From: Eledone cirrhosa
Taxonomy: Eukaryota
DNA length: 64,000 nucleotides
Assembly: GCA_964016885.1 (NCBI GenBank)
Contig: OZ024751.1
Span: 53,692,001 to 53,756,000, forward strand
Direction of reading: 5' to 3'
Part shown: positions 53,818 to 64,000 of the stretch, in pieces
How positions within the stretch are numbered: the stretch's first letter is position 1
Layout of the letters: the number at the start of each line of letters is the position of its first letter
Translations under genes and position numbers: made by a program
Notes under the pieces: generated by a model
The model's input: only the letters and a program-made list of their open reading frames with translations
Told to the model about the DNA's origin: nothing
The model's database searches: none

Positions 53818-56800
53818 CAAACAAACAAATTAACAACACACCAAAACAATTAAAACCATCCACTCTCGCCTCTACATTTTTGCTTAACGCCCAAGGCATC
53901 AGCCCTTCCACCAATACTCAAAAATGGAAGATCAAATTCCTGGAGGACTGGATTGATGTCCATCCAAACCACATCCCTTTCTTCGTCCTCACTGAAACCC
54001 ATCTCAGTAACCTCCACTTGGAAGCCGAGGTGAAAGTGAAAAATTCCAAAGCCATCCGTGCTGATCGCGCTGGCAGAAGAAAGGGCGGAACTGCCATTTA
54101 TGTCCATAATTCTTTCTCAACAGAGGCTATGAACATATTCACTAATGGATACTGTGAAGCAGTCACTGTATTCAGTCAAACCAACAACCTATTAGTAGTT
54201 GGGCTCTATAGGCCACCCCAAACGCCTGTACCATGCTTCAAGGAATGCCTCAACAGCATAAAGTGTTTCATCCAAGAGTGTCACCCTGACAACATCTTAA
54301 TGATGGGGGACTTCAACCTCCCCGGAGTTGACTGGTCCACAAACAGCCTGCCACCAGGTTCTTCTGCCTCAACCTCTGACAGGGAAGCTGTGGAATCGCT
54401 TCTTGACTTCATGGATGATTTCTTCCTATCACAACTGGTGCTCGAACCAACGAGGTGCCACAAAAACGTCCTAGACTTAATTTTCAGCAATCACACTGAC
54501 AATATCCACAATATTGCAGTGGAGAAAACTCTACTCTCTGATCATGACATGGTTCTCTGTGATCTGAGATTCCACCGTCCAATATACAAACCCAATGTCA
54601 TCTCTCCTGTCCATCCGTTTGACGCTATGGATTTCCACAATGCAAACTGGGAAGCGATCAGTCATGATCTTGCACATGTCGACTGGTCCTTCACGCACAC
54701 TCATACACCCACTAACATCAAAAAGTCCTGGCAGACATTTGTGGACACTGTTACAAACATATGTGCTAAACACACCCCATTAAGAACTATAAACAAATCT
54801 AAGAGCAGAATCCCTAGAAATAGAAAAACGCTCATCAGAAAAATTAAGAGAACAAACAAAAAAATCAACAAGCTGAAATACTGTCAGCAGCAACACATCA
54901 ACTTGACTGCCATTTCATCACTAGAGATTAAAAAACATAACCTCCAAAACAACATAATGTCCCTCATCAACAATCAGAGAAGAGCTGAAGAGGCCTGGGC
55001 CATTGAGAAGATCAAACTCAATCCCAAAGTGTTATTTTCATTTGCAAAAAAACACAAAATCACTGGCTCTACTGTTGGCCCTCTAATTGATGAAAATGGC
55101 ACTCTTCAAGACAATGCTAAAACCATGGGTGAGATACTGCAGAAACAATACTGCTCTGTTTTCAGCAATCCTGATATGGCCGATCTGGGCTGTATCGGCG
55201 ATGTTACTCCCCATTACACCTTATCGGACATAACGTTTGGCGCCCCTGATGTCTTGGCGGCAATAAAGGAAATCAAGCATAATTCAGCAGTAGGTCCCGA
55301 TAGGTTCCCTGCTTGTGTCTTGAAGGCGTGTCAACACCAACTTGCATCTCTTCTTGCCAATCTGTGGCGGAACTCACTGGATGCTGGATATGTGCCAGAA
55401 AACCTTCTATCCCAGTCTGTTGTCCCAGTTTTCAAAAAGGGAAACAAATCCCTTGCCGTGAATTACCGTCCAATCTCACTCACCTCTCATATCATTAAGG
55501 TATTTGAGAGAGTGGTGAGATCGCGAATGACCCACTTCCTTGAGAGTAACAATATGCTGAACTCCAACCAGCATGGATTCCGTAATGGAAGGGATTGCCT
55601 GACGCAGCTACTGCATCACTTTGATGACATTTTGAGAGCCTTGGGAGAGGGTTCCAACACTGATGTTATCTACCTTGATTTCAGCAAGGCCTTTGACAGG
55701 GTTGATCATAACATTCTACTGAGAAAGCTGTCCAATATTGGTGTCACTGGAAAGCTGCTGCAGTGGATCAAGAGCTTCCTGTCAAACTGAACCCAACATG
55801 TTGTAGTTGAGGGAGTCAAATCAAGCCCAGCCAAAGTCAGTAGTGGGGTCCCACAAGGCACTGTGTTGGGCCCACTTCTCTTCATCATCTATATTAATGA
55901 CATCACTGACATCATCAAACACAGCAACATTAAAATTTTCGCTGATGATTCCAAGCTCCAAAAGGTCATCAATGGCGTGGATGACCGGATAAGCCTTCAG
56001 TCAGACCTACTGGCTGTTACCCAATGGGCAGAAAAGAACAACATGTTACTGAACGAAGACAAATTCGAACTGATCCACTTTGGAAAAGAGGATGCTCTGA
56101 AACTCCCGTACTCCCTTCCCTCCGGGGAAACTCTCGTGGCATCTAACAACATCAGAGACTTGGGAGTAACCGTGGACAGCAACATAAGCTGGACCACGCA
56201 TATAAGCAGCAAAGTTGACATGGCCCGCAGAATGTGTTCCTGGATCCTCAGAACCTTCCAGTCGAGAGATTCCCGCACCATTATCCTTCTCTTCTCTACT
56301 TTTGCCCGACCACACCTTGAATACTGTTGTCCACTGTGGTCTCCCCACACGAAACAAAGTATCATGAAACTTGAAGCTCCTCAAAGGGCAATCACGAAAA
56401 AGATAGATGGCATGTCAGACCTTGACTACTGGGGTCGATTAGAAAACCTGAAACTTTACTCACTCCAACGTCGCCGTGAGCGTTATATTATCTGCATGAT
56501 GTGGAAAATGTTCCATCATCACTGCCCAAATGATGTTGGCATCGCCTTCAAGATACACCCAAGGCTTGGGCCCCGTGCTATCCGTCCCATTCAAAAATCT
56601 AAATCGCAACTCATAACAACAATACGGCACAATTATTTCACCTCAATCGGCCCTGCTCTCTTCAACATCACACCAGGACACGTCAAAACAGAAACTGACC
56701 ACACAAAATTCAAGAAGTCTTTGGACAAATTCCTCCAAGTAATCCCGGACAAACCACCCACACCCGGATATGTCTCCGCAAACAGTAATTCTCTTCTCGA

Positions 56801-56825
56801 ATGGGCCATGGTGCCCAAATCCTGA
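53805..56825 (+). pseudogene. LINE ORF2 (APE plus RT) interrupted by a single in-frame TGA at 55788
   Basis: LLNAQGI, LTETHL, LYRPP, MGDFNLP, LDLIF, SDHD, GPDRFP, NYRPISLTS, YLDFSKAFDRV, SGVPQGTVLGPLLF, FADDSK. Both ORF-track pieces are in the same frame (FLSN*TQ, probably CGA to TGA). Confidence 0.93.
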
Positions 56826-57017
56826 ATTGAAAGACTTCGCCAGGTGGTGCTATTAAGTTAGACATGGCCTGGGCCAGTACTGGCCAAAACATTTCAAAGT
56901 TATTCAAAGTTATATACATATATATATACATATATATATATACATATATATATATACATATATACATATATATATATATATACATATATACAAATATATA
57001 TATATTCATATATACAC

Positions 57018-57050
<33 letters not shown>

Positions 57051-57221
57051 CATATATACATATATATATACATATATACATATATATATATACATATATA
57101 CATATATATATACATAGAATTCTCACTGCTATCGAAAAACCACTCCTTCAGCTATTCTTCTAACAACTTCACCCCTCCCTCCTAATATTCTCTATAAAAA
57201 CTAAATAGGTCCTCAGTAATA

Positions 57222-57341
57222 TTATTCTGATGAAATAACAGTAAATAATAACATTGAAATATTGAATGTCTGCATAACTAAAAGTTTGTAGATAGCAGCT
57301 GTTTTAGGTTATGTAACTGTTATAGAAACACGTGTCAATAA
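57222..57341 (+). ncRNA. Type I hammerhead ribozyme motif with long stem II insert
   Basis: ttatt-CTGATGA-aataacagt...actgttata-GAAA-cacgtg-TC-aataa(a), inside a ~260-bp island between TA tracts. Confidence 0.78.
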
Positions 57342-57671
57342 ATTCCTTTCAACTAAACTGTATCCATTCAAATCTTTCTATATATATACATATATATATA
57401 CATATATACATATATATACATATATACATATATGTACATATATATATATACATATATATATATACATATATACATATATATATATACATATATATATATA
57501 CATATATATATACATATATATATACATATATATACACATATATACATATATATATACATATATATATACATATCTATATACATATATATATACATATATA
57601 TATACATATATATATACATATATACATATATATATATATATACATATATATACATATATATACATATACAT

Positions 57672-58292
57672 ATGGTGGCTGCCAACTCGTTTTCGAGTAC
57701 GGCCACTACTTTACATCCATGAAGCGCTGAACGAGTGTGACTTTTTAGTCCAGCCAGCGACTTGAAACCTCTGGTACAAACACTACACCTGTGACAATCA
57801 TTGACACATAGTGCTGGGCCCATGGTAGGACAATTATTGACACATAGTGCTGGGCCCATGTGAGGACAAGTGCAGAGAGATCTCCAGATATAAAGCAATG
57901 CCTGTGCCGTGAAGCTTTTATAGTGAGCAAAGGCACTGCACAAAGCCAGTCCCACTCTCTTAACCAAGATGATATTTACCAAAAAGTAGAACAAATCAAC
58001 ATCATTGGATACTATCAGGGTTGCAGGTGTTATATCAGAGTTTTCCTTCTCCTAGAATTCTGCCTTGACAAAGGCTAAGGGGTCATCTCTCCCGGTGATT
58101 TTGGATGGCCATTGACTCTTAAGAGCTCCTTTGCCCTTTGACAGGTTTTGTTTTTAGTCCTGCAGGATGTCCAAAGTCACCCTCCTCACCAAGAAACCTT
58201 GGTGGGGTTGCCAGTTTAGTCGCCAACAACCCGACCATGAGACAGGTTGTACTGGGATACATGTTACCAGTAGCACCAACTGGTGACCTGAC
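57672..58292 (-). mobile_element. Non-autonomous RTE-derived element (copy 3)
   Basis: Near-identical to copy 1, with a ~36-bp internal duplication (57795-57860) and a small deletion. Confidence 0.78.
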
Positions 58293-58362
58293 ATACATAT
58301 ACATATATATACATATATACATATATATACATATATACATATATGTACATAATGTACATATA

Positions 58363-58745
58363 TGGAGGCACATGGATTAGTGGTTAGAATATTGCCCTTG
58401 CAATCGAAAGGTTGTGAGTTCAATTCTCAGACCAGGTGATGTGTTGTTTCCTTGATCAAGGCACTTTATTTCACATTGCTCCAGTTTACTCAGCTGTAGA
58501 AATGAGATGATAGGGACTGGGGTCCCTATCATTCCACTTCAAAGTGGTCGTGGAGGTGCCACGGCAAAAAAGCACCCAGCCCACACTGTAAAGTGGACGT
58601 GTAGGCGCCAGGGGAAAAAAGCACCCAGCACTCACTGTAAATGAGGTAGGTGTTAGGAAGAGCATCCAGCTGTAGAAACCAAGCCAGAATCAGTTCCCAT
58701 CCCACCCTTGCAAGCAGGGAAAAGGGACGTGAAATGAAATGATGA
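58363..58745 (+). mobile_element. SINE family 1 copy
   Basis: GGAGGCACATGGATTAGTGGTTAGAA...GAGTTCAATTCTCAG, with the internal unit duplicated. Confidence 0.88.
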
Positions 58746-58802
58746 AATGAATATATATATACATAAAATGAAATGATGAAATGAATATATACATACATAT
58801 AT

Positions 58803-59790
58803 CTTTCTCTCCTTCTTCTGCTCCTTCCACCCCTCCCTCTACTTCACCACCTCTATCTCCACCACCCACGTCCACTTCTTAGACATCTCCGTCGCCTTCG
58901 TCCCCTCCCCCCACTCCCTCATCACCTCCGCCTTCTTCAAACCCACCGACTCCCACTCTTACCTCGACTTCACCTCTTCCCACCCCACCCACACTAAACA
59001 CTCCATTCCCTACTCCCAACTTCTCAGGATCCGCCGCCTCTGTAGCCGTGATGCTGACTTTGAGTCCCAGGCCCTTTCCCTAGTCAGCCATTTCATCCGC
59101 AGAGGTTACCCCCTCTCTCTCGTCCACACCGCTCTCACCCGCGCCCGTGCTGTCCCCCGCTCCACCACCCTCACCCCACGCCACCACACACCCACCCACC
59201 GTCTCCCCTTCCCCATCACCTACCACCCCTCCACCCTACCCCTCCACCGCACCATCCGACGCCTCTTCCGACGCCTCCAGTCCGACCCCTCCACCTCCCA
59301 CATCTTCCCAACCCCACCACTCCCCTCCTTCAAACGCGCACGCAATCTCCGCACCCTCCTCATCCACAGCTCCCTACCCCCCAACCCACGCTCTGTTTCC
59401 CCCCCCCCGGTTCCTTTCCCTGTTCTAGGCCCCGCTGCAACACCTGTCCTCACATCACCAACACCACCACCTTCCAGGGTCCCAACGGCCACTCTCTCTC
59501 GGTCCGGCATGCCTTCCGCTGCACCTCCTCCAACCTAGTCTACGGACTTATGTCGGACAGACGGGACGTCGCCTGGCGGACCGAGTCACGGAGCACCTCC
59601 GGGATATTCGTCTCGGGGGCAGTTCCCCCATCGCCCGCCACTTTGGTGGCCCTGGACATTCCGCACGCCATCTCACAGTCTGTGGCCTACTCCAGTGCCA
59701 CGGAACACCCGCCAATCGCCTTACGGTCGAACAACGAACTATCTTCATCTTACAGACCCACACTCCCCCGGCCTTTTCACCGCCCACCCC
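58803..59790 (+). pseudogene. 5'-truncated Neptune-like PLE coding remnant (RT end, thumb, Cys linker, partly deleted GIY-YIG)
   Basis: Not called in the ORF track. It reads FHPSLYFT..S...VHFLDISV...KPTDSHSYLDFTSSHP.HTKHSIPYSQLLRIRRLCS...RGYP...TYHP...KRARNLRTLL...PCSRPRCNTCP...CTSSNLVY // YVGQTGRRLADRVTEHLRDI...PIARHF...HS. A C/A-rich 3' region follows to about 61080, ending near AATAAA. Confidence 0.88.
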
Positions 59791-61102
59791 ACATCTAACA
59801 ATACTAACACCTCCACTCCACCCCTCATCTGACCACCCTTCCCCAACTAACATACTAACATCCCTTCCCTCCCCTCTTCTCCTCCTCTCCCTCCTTATCA
59901 CACGCACACACACACCGGCACATATATACACGCGCTCACACTAAACACACACCCTACTACCACCACTAACCCTCACCCCCACACCTCTCACCTCCACACC
60001 TCCATCCCACCACCCCGCAACTAACCTCACTAACACCCCCTAACCCCAAGCACACGAACACACGCACCCACTTACACCACCCACCCCACACGCAACTAAC
60101 ATCACTAACACCCCCCAACCCCACGCACACGTACCCACACACCCTCGTACACCACCAACTCTACACACCCTACCACCACTAACCCCCACTCACACCTGCA
60201 TTCAACTCCTCCCCACCTCCCGTATACTAACACCCACTAACACCTCTTCGTCAAACTACACACACACCAGTACACCACACTCCCTCCATAGAACCACACA
60301 CACCCTTCTCTACCCGCTACACCCACACCCTCGCTCCACACTCCCTCATCCCACTAACACCCCTACTAATACACACACACACAGCCTCCTCACTCCAACT
60401 TTCACACCTACCCATCCTCGCCCCTTTACCATTCCACCGACTGCTGCTATTCCCTCTGACCACCTCCCAGCACAAACAGACCACAGCACTCCCACTGCTG
60501 ACCACTTCCTGTTGCGCGCGCACCCCACATCTCTCCTCTTCCGACCATCGCTTCATGGAATACCCACACGCAGAAATTGACCAACAACCAATCCACTAAA
60601 CATCTTCGGAATTTACCAACTTTTCAACCATCCTCTTACGTAATCACCTATATAACTCACCCACACACACACCCCAAAAAAAATTTTTTCTCCACACGCC
60701 ACCTACACCCACAACACGCTTAAACCCCACACACACGTGCTTTCCACCACATATTTACACCCTCAGCCTCCTGATTCCTCTCCCCCCACCCCTCTATCCA
60801 CACACGCACAGACAGTCCGACCCCCCCCCACACACACACACACCTCTTCCTGAACATGCAACCCCGTTCTTCCCCCAACCCTTACTTTCACATACACACA
60901 CACACACAAACACGCACACCTACACACACACACCACCTTCAGCCCTCCCCGCTCGGACACCCCGTCTCCCTCTCCCCACTCCACCCGCCATCACCCCTAC
61001 ACACCCCACTCTTCAGAGCGTGAAACTAATAAACATTCGTTGTACTGCCTCTCTGTTTTGTCCCTGTTCAAATTTTTCCATTATATATACATATATATAT
61101 AC

Positions 61103-61185
<83 letters not shown>

Positions 61186-61186
61186 A

Positions 61187-62266
61187 CATAAAACATGTCT
61201 ATAGAATCACAAGATAAAATATATACTATTTCCTCTCCCAATTAGCATAATTAACTATATAAAAAATCGAATAGACCAGGCTATAAGAATGAGGCTTCTA
61301 TGAAGAAATCCCCGACAAATAACCAACACTAGCCCTTCGCGTCGGCCGTAGCGGAATATTTATCGAATATTTCGACAGCGTAATCGCCTAGATACAGTCA
61401 ACTAAACAGAATTAGGTGTAAAATAAACTAGGAGAAAATAGAATACATTTAAATACCTCTACCATGGTTTCATCCGTATTTTGAGTCTTCCAATAATTAT
61501 GTAATAATTATATAAACTCGAGCACCGGATTCATCAGGAAGTTCGCTCTTATCTAGACACTAAATTTTCCAAAGTGATCGCGCCAAGAATTCATTCAAAA
61601 TGGCTAAAAATCGAGACGTAGTCGCGGTCAGGTTGGAAGGGGTGTGGTAGTTGCTTACGACTGGTAGCATTTTTGCTAGAAAGCACAGCACAATACAGCC
61701 AAATTTGTATCTCAACCTAATGGGAGATTATTACATATAAAAGTTTACATATATATATACATATATATACATATACGTGTTTTGCAACGTATATGAGCGA
61801 ACTTCCTGATGAATCCGGTGCTCGAGTTTATATAATTATTACATAATTATTGGAAGAATCAAAATACGGATGAAACCATGGTAGAGGTATTTAAATGTAT
61901 TCTATTTTCTCCTAGTTTATTTTACACCTAATTCTGTTTAGTTGACTGTATCTAGGCGATTACGCTGTCGAAATATTCGATAAATATTCCGCTACGGCCG
62001 ACGCGAAGGGCTAGTGTTGGTTATTTGTCGGGGATTTCTTCATAGAAGCCTCATTCTTATAGCCTGGTCTATTCGATTTTTTTATATAGTTAATTATGCT
62101 AATTGGGAGAGGAAATAGTATATATTTTATCGTGTGATTCTATAGACATGTTTTATGATATATAGCTCTGATTATTTAATTTATTAATTTTTCATTGAGC
62201 CACAAAGTGACCAGTTGCAAAACACGTATATGTATATATATGTATATATATATGTAAACTTTTATA
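61187..62266 (+). mobile_element. Fold-back element with ~360-bp inverted arms
   Basis: 61187-61548 is the reverse complement of 61795-62157. A second inverted pair is 61736-61788 / 62214-62266. Confidence 0.82.
61801..61888 (+). ncRNA. Type I hammerhead ribozyme motif
   Basis: acttc-CTGATGA-atccg...cggat-GAAA-ccatgg-TA-gaggt. Mirror copy at about 61455-61542 on the minus strand. Confidence 0.82.
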
Positions 62267-62425
62267 TATATATACATATATATATACATATATATATAAA
62301 TATATATACATATATACATATATATATATACATATATATACATATATATACATATATATATACATATATATACATATATATATACATATATATATATATA
62401 TACATATATATACATATATATATAC

Positions 62426-62456
<31 letters not shown>

Positions 62457-62502
62457 CATATATATACATATATATACATATATATACATATATATACATA
62501 TA

Positions 62503-62902
62503 CGATATTATTAAATGGAAACTATATTTATTTTTATAAATATAAACAGTTTTACAAATAAGCTTTGACGTACCCTATTAAAATGCAACCATTGTATTTG
62601 GAAGTCATCCGGAAGTCATTTGGAAGTCATTTGGAAGACATCCAAAAACAATGGTTGCATTTTAATAGGGTACGTCAAAGCTTATTTGTAAAACTGTTAT
62701 ATATTGTATTTTGTCTGATGAAGGCATACCATAATTTAATGTGGTATCCCTGAAATATGTATAATGAAATAAATATGGTTTTATAAATATAGTTTCCATT
62801 TAATAATATCGTATATCTACTCCAAATACTTGTCGAGTGCTTTATATCAGTTATAAAAATATTTACTTGTTGTATCCCAACAATTTTAAATAGAACTTTT
62901 GC
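62503..62902 (+). mobile_element. Short fold-back PLE-terminal unit with hammerhead (62707-62771)
   Basis: 62545-62602 folds back on 62640-62698. HHR tattttgt-CTGATGA-aggcatacca...tggtatccct-GAAA-tatgta-TA-atgaaata. Same family as the units at 5.2-7.4 and 30.0 kb. Confidence 0.78.
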
Positions 62903-63038
62903 ATATATATACATATATATACATATATATACATATATATACATATATATATACATATATATACACATATATATATATACATATATATACATATATATAT
63001 ATATATATACATATATATACATATATATATATATATAC

Positions 63039-63087
<49 letters not shown>

Positions 63088-63131
63088 CATATATATACAT
63101 ATATATACATATATATATACATATATATATA

Positions 63132-63570
63132 TATTGTTATACTTGGAGATGGTCATATTTGTGTAATATTGCCAGAATTAATAACAGAACACTCTCACTG
63201 TTTGGTTGGTTTTCGCTTCTCGCTTCTGTGTCTTTTATGTCGGTAATCTAACTTACTCGGTCCTCAATGTTGCCATTGACTGACCGACGGTCAAAAATAA
63301 TACAGATACAATATAGACACAAACACATATATATAGTTTATCATAAATCTTTCGTTGCACATCTGCAACATCGTCAGTGGTGTTATTGTTTCCTCCTGTT
63401 GTATTGTATGTCTACGCCATTTTTATTCAGTCTGTCTATATATTTATTTATTTATTTTCTTGTTTGTTTATTTTATATTGTCTTCTTTGCGCATGCGTTT
63501 GCGTGTGTGTATAGAGTTTTGTTTGCTGTGTGATTGGTGACTAGTGTGTGTTTACGTGCTTGTTGTTGTG
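63132..63570 (+). repeat. Unclassified interspersed repeat in (TA)n
   Basis: The first ~85 bp match 36321-36380 (plus) and 40345-40432 (minus). Confidence 0.6.
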
Positions 63571-63911
63571 TATACATACATATATATACATATATATACA
63601 TATATACATATATATACATATATATATATATACATATATATACATACATATATATACATATATATATACATATATCTACATATATATATATACATATATA
63701 TATATACATATATATACATATATATATATATATACATACATATATATATATACATATATATACATATATATATATATACATATATACATATATATATATA
63801 CATATTTACATATATATATACATATACATATATATATACATATATATATACCTATATATACATACATTTTTATATATATATACATACATATTTATATATA
63901 TATATATACAA

Positions 63912-63949
<38 letters not shown>

Positions 63950-64000
63950 TTATATATAGAAATCACATGAATCAAAGTTCTGTTCAAACCATTTATTAGC

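Larger units (their letters stand above)
52237..56911 (+). mobile_element. Near-full-length CR1-group LINE inserted in (TA)n
   Basis: It has a 5' UTR, ORF1 and an overlapping ORF2 (APE-RT). The short 3' UTR has a GGCCAGTACTGGCC hairpin and a TTCAAAGTTA tandem tail. Confidence 0.9.

Noticed and set aside
55788-55790. In-frame TGA as selenocysteine or programmed readthrough
   Set aside because: It falls at a normally conserved Arg (FLSNR.Q), so CpG decay of CGA is the simplest explanation. I saw no in-frame TGA at Cys positions in the Naiad-like remnants either.
56864-56895. GGCC-stem followed by (G/A)AAAC in the LINE 3' UTR as a hammerhead
   Set aside because: There is no CTGANGA core or stem I. 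It is more likely the LINE 3' recognition hairpin.

Overview
This is AT-rich, microsatellite-saturated animal DNA, probably from a cephalopod such as an octopus (inferred from the SINE families and the (TA)n/(CA)n density; not proven). Almost all ORF-track calls are translations of simple repeats. The real content is a nest of retroelements. It holds one intact-ORF Penelope-like element (PLE; RT plus GIY-YIG, 37496-40135 minus), three truncated PLEs (two Naiad-like, one Neptune-like), a near-full-length CR1-type LINE with one nonsense codon (52.2-56.9 kb), a 5'-truncated L1/Tx1-type LINE (12.0-16.5 kb), RTE fragments, three copies of a ~600-bp non-autonomous RTE derivative, two tRNA-derived SINE families, mariner-type MITEs, a decayed DDE transposase fragment, several minisatellites and a 28S rRNA fragment. 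The only host-like coding segment is the C-terminal part of a 4CL/luciferase-like adenylate-forming enzyme (33.0-33.4 kb). The most striking hidden signal is a swarm of minimal type I hammerhead ribozymes (HHRs) from several sequence-unrelated families. They have palindromic stem III, two families carry a U3-A8 covariant core, and most sit in fold-back (inverted-repeat) PLE-terminal units embedded in (TA)n tracts. The fold-back boundary repeatedly falls at or just 5' of the ribozyme core. All coordinates were read by eye and may be off by a few bases.
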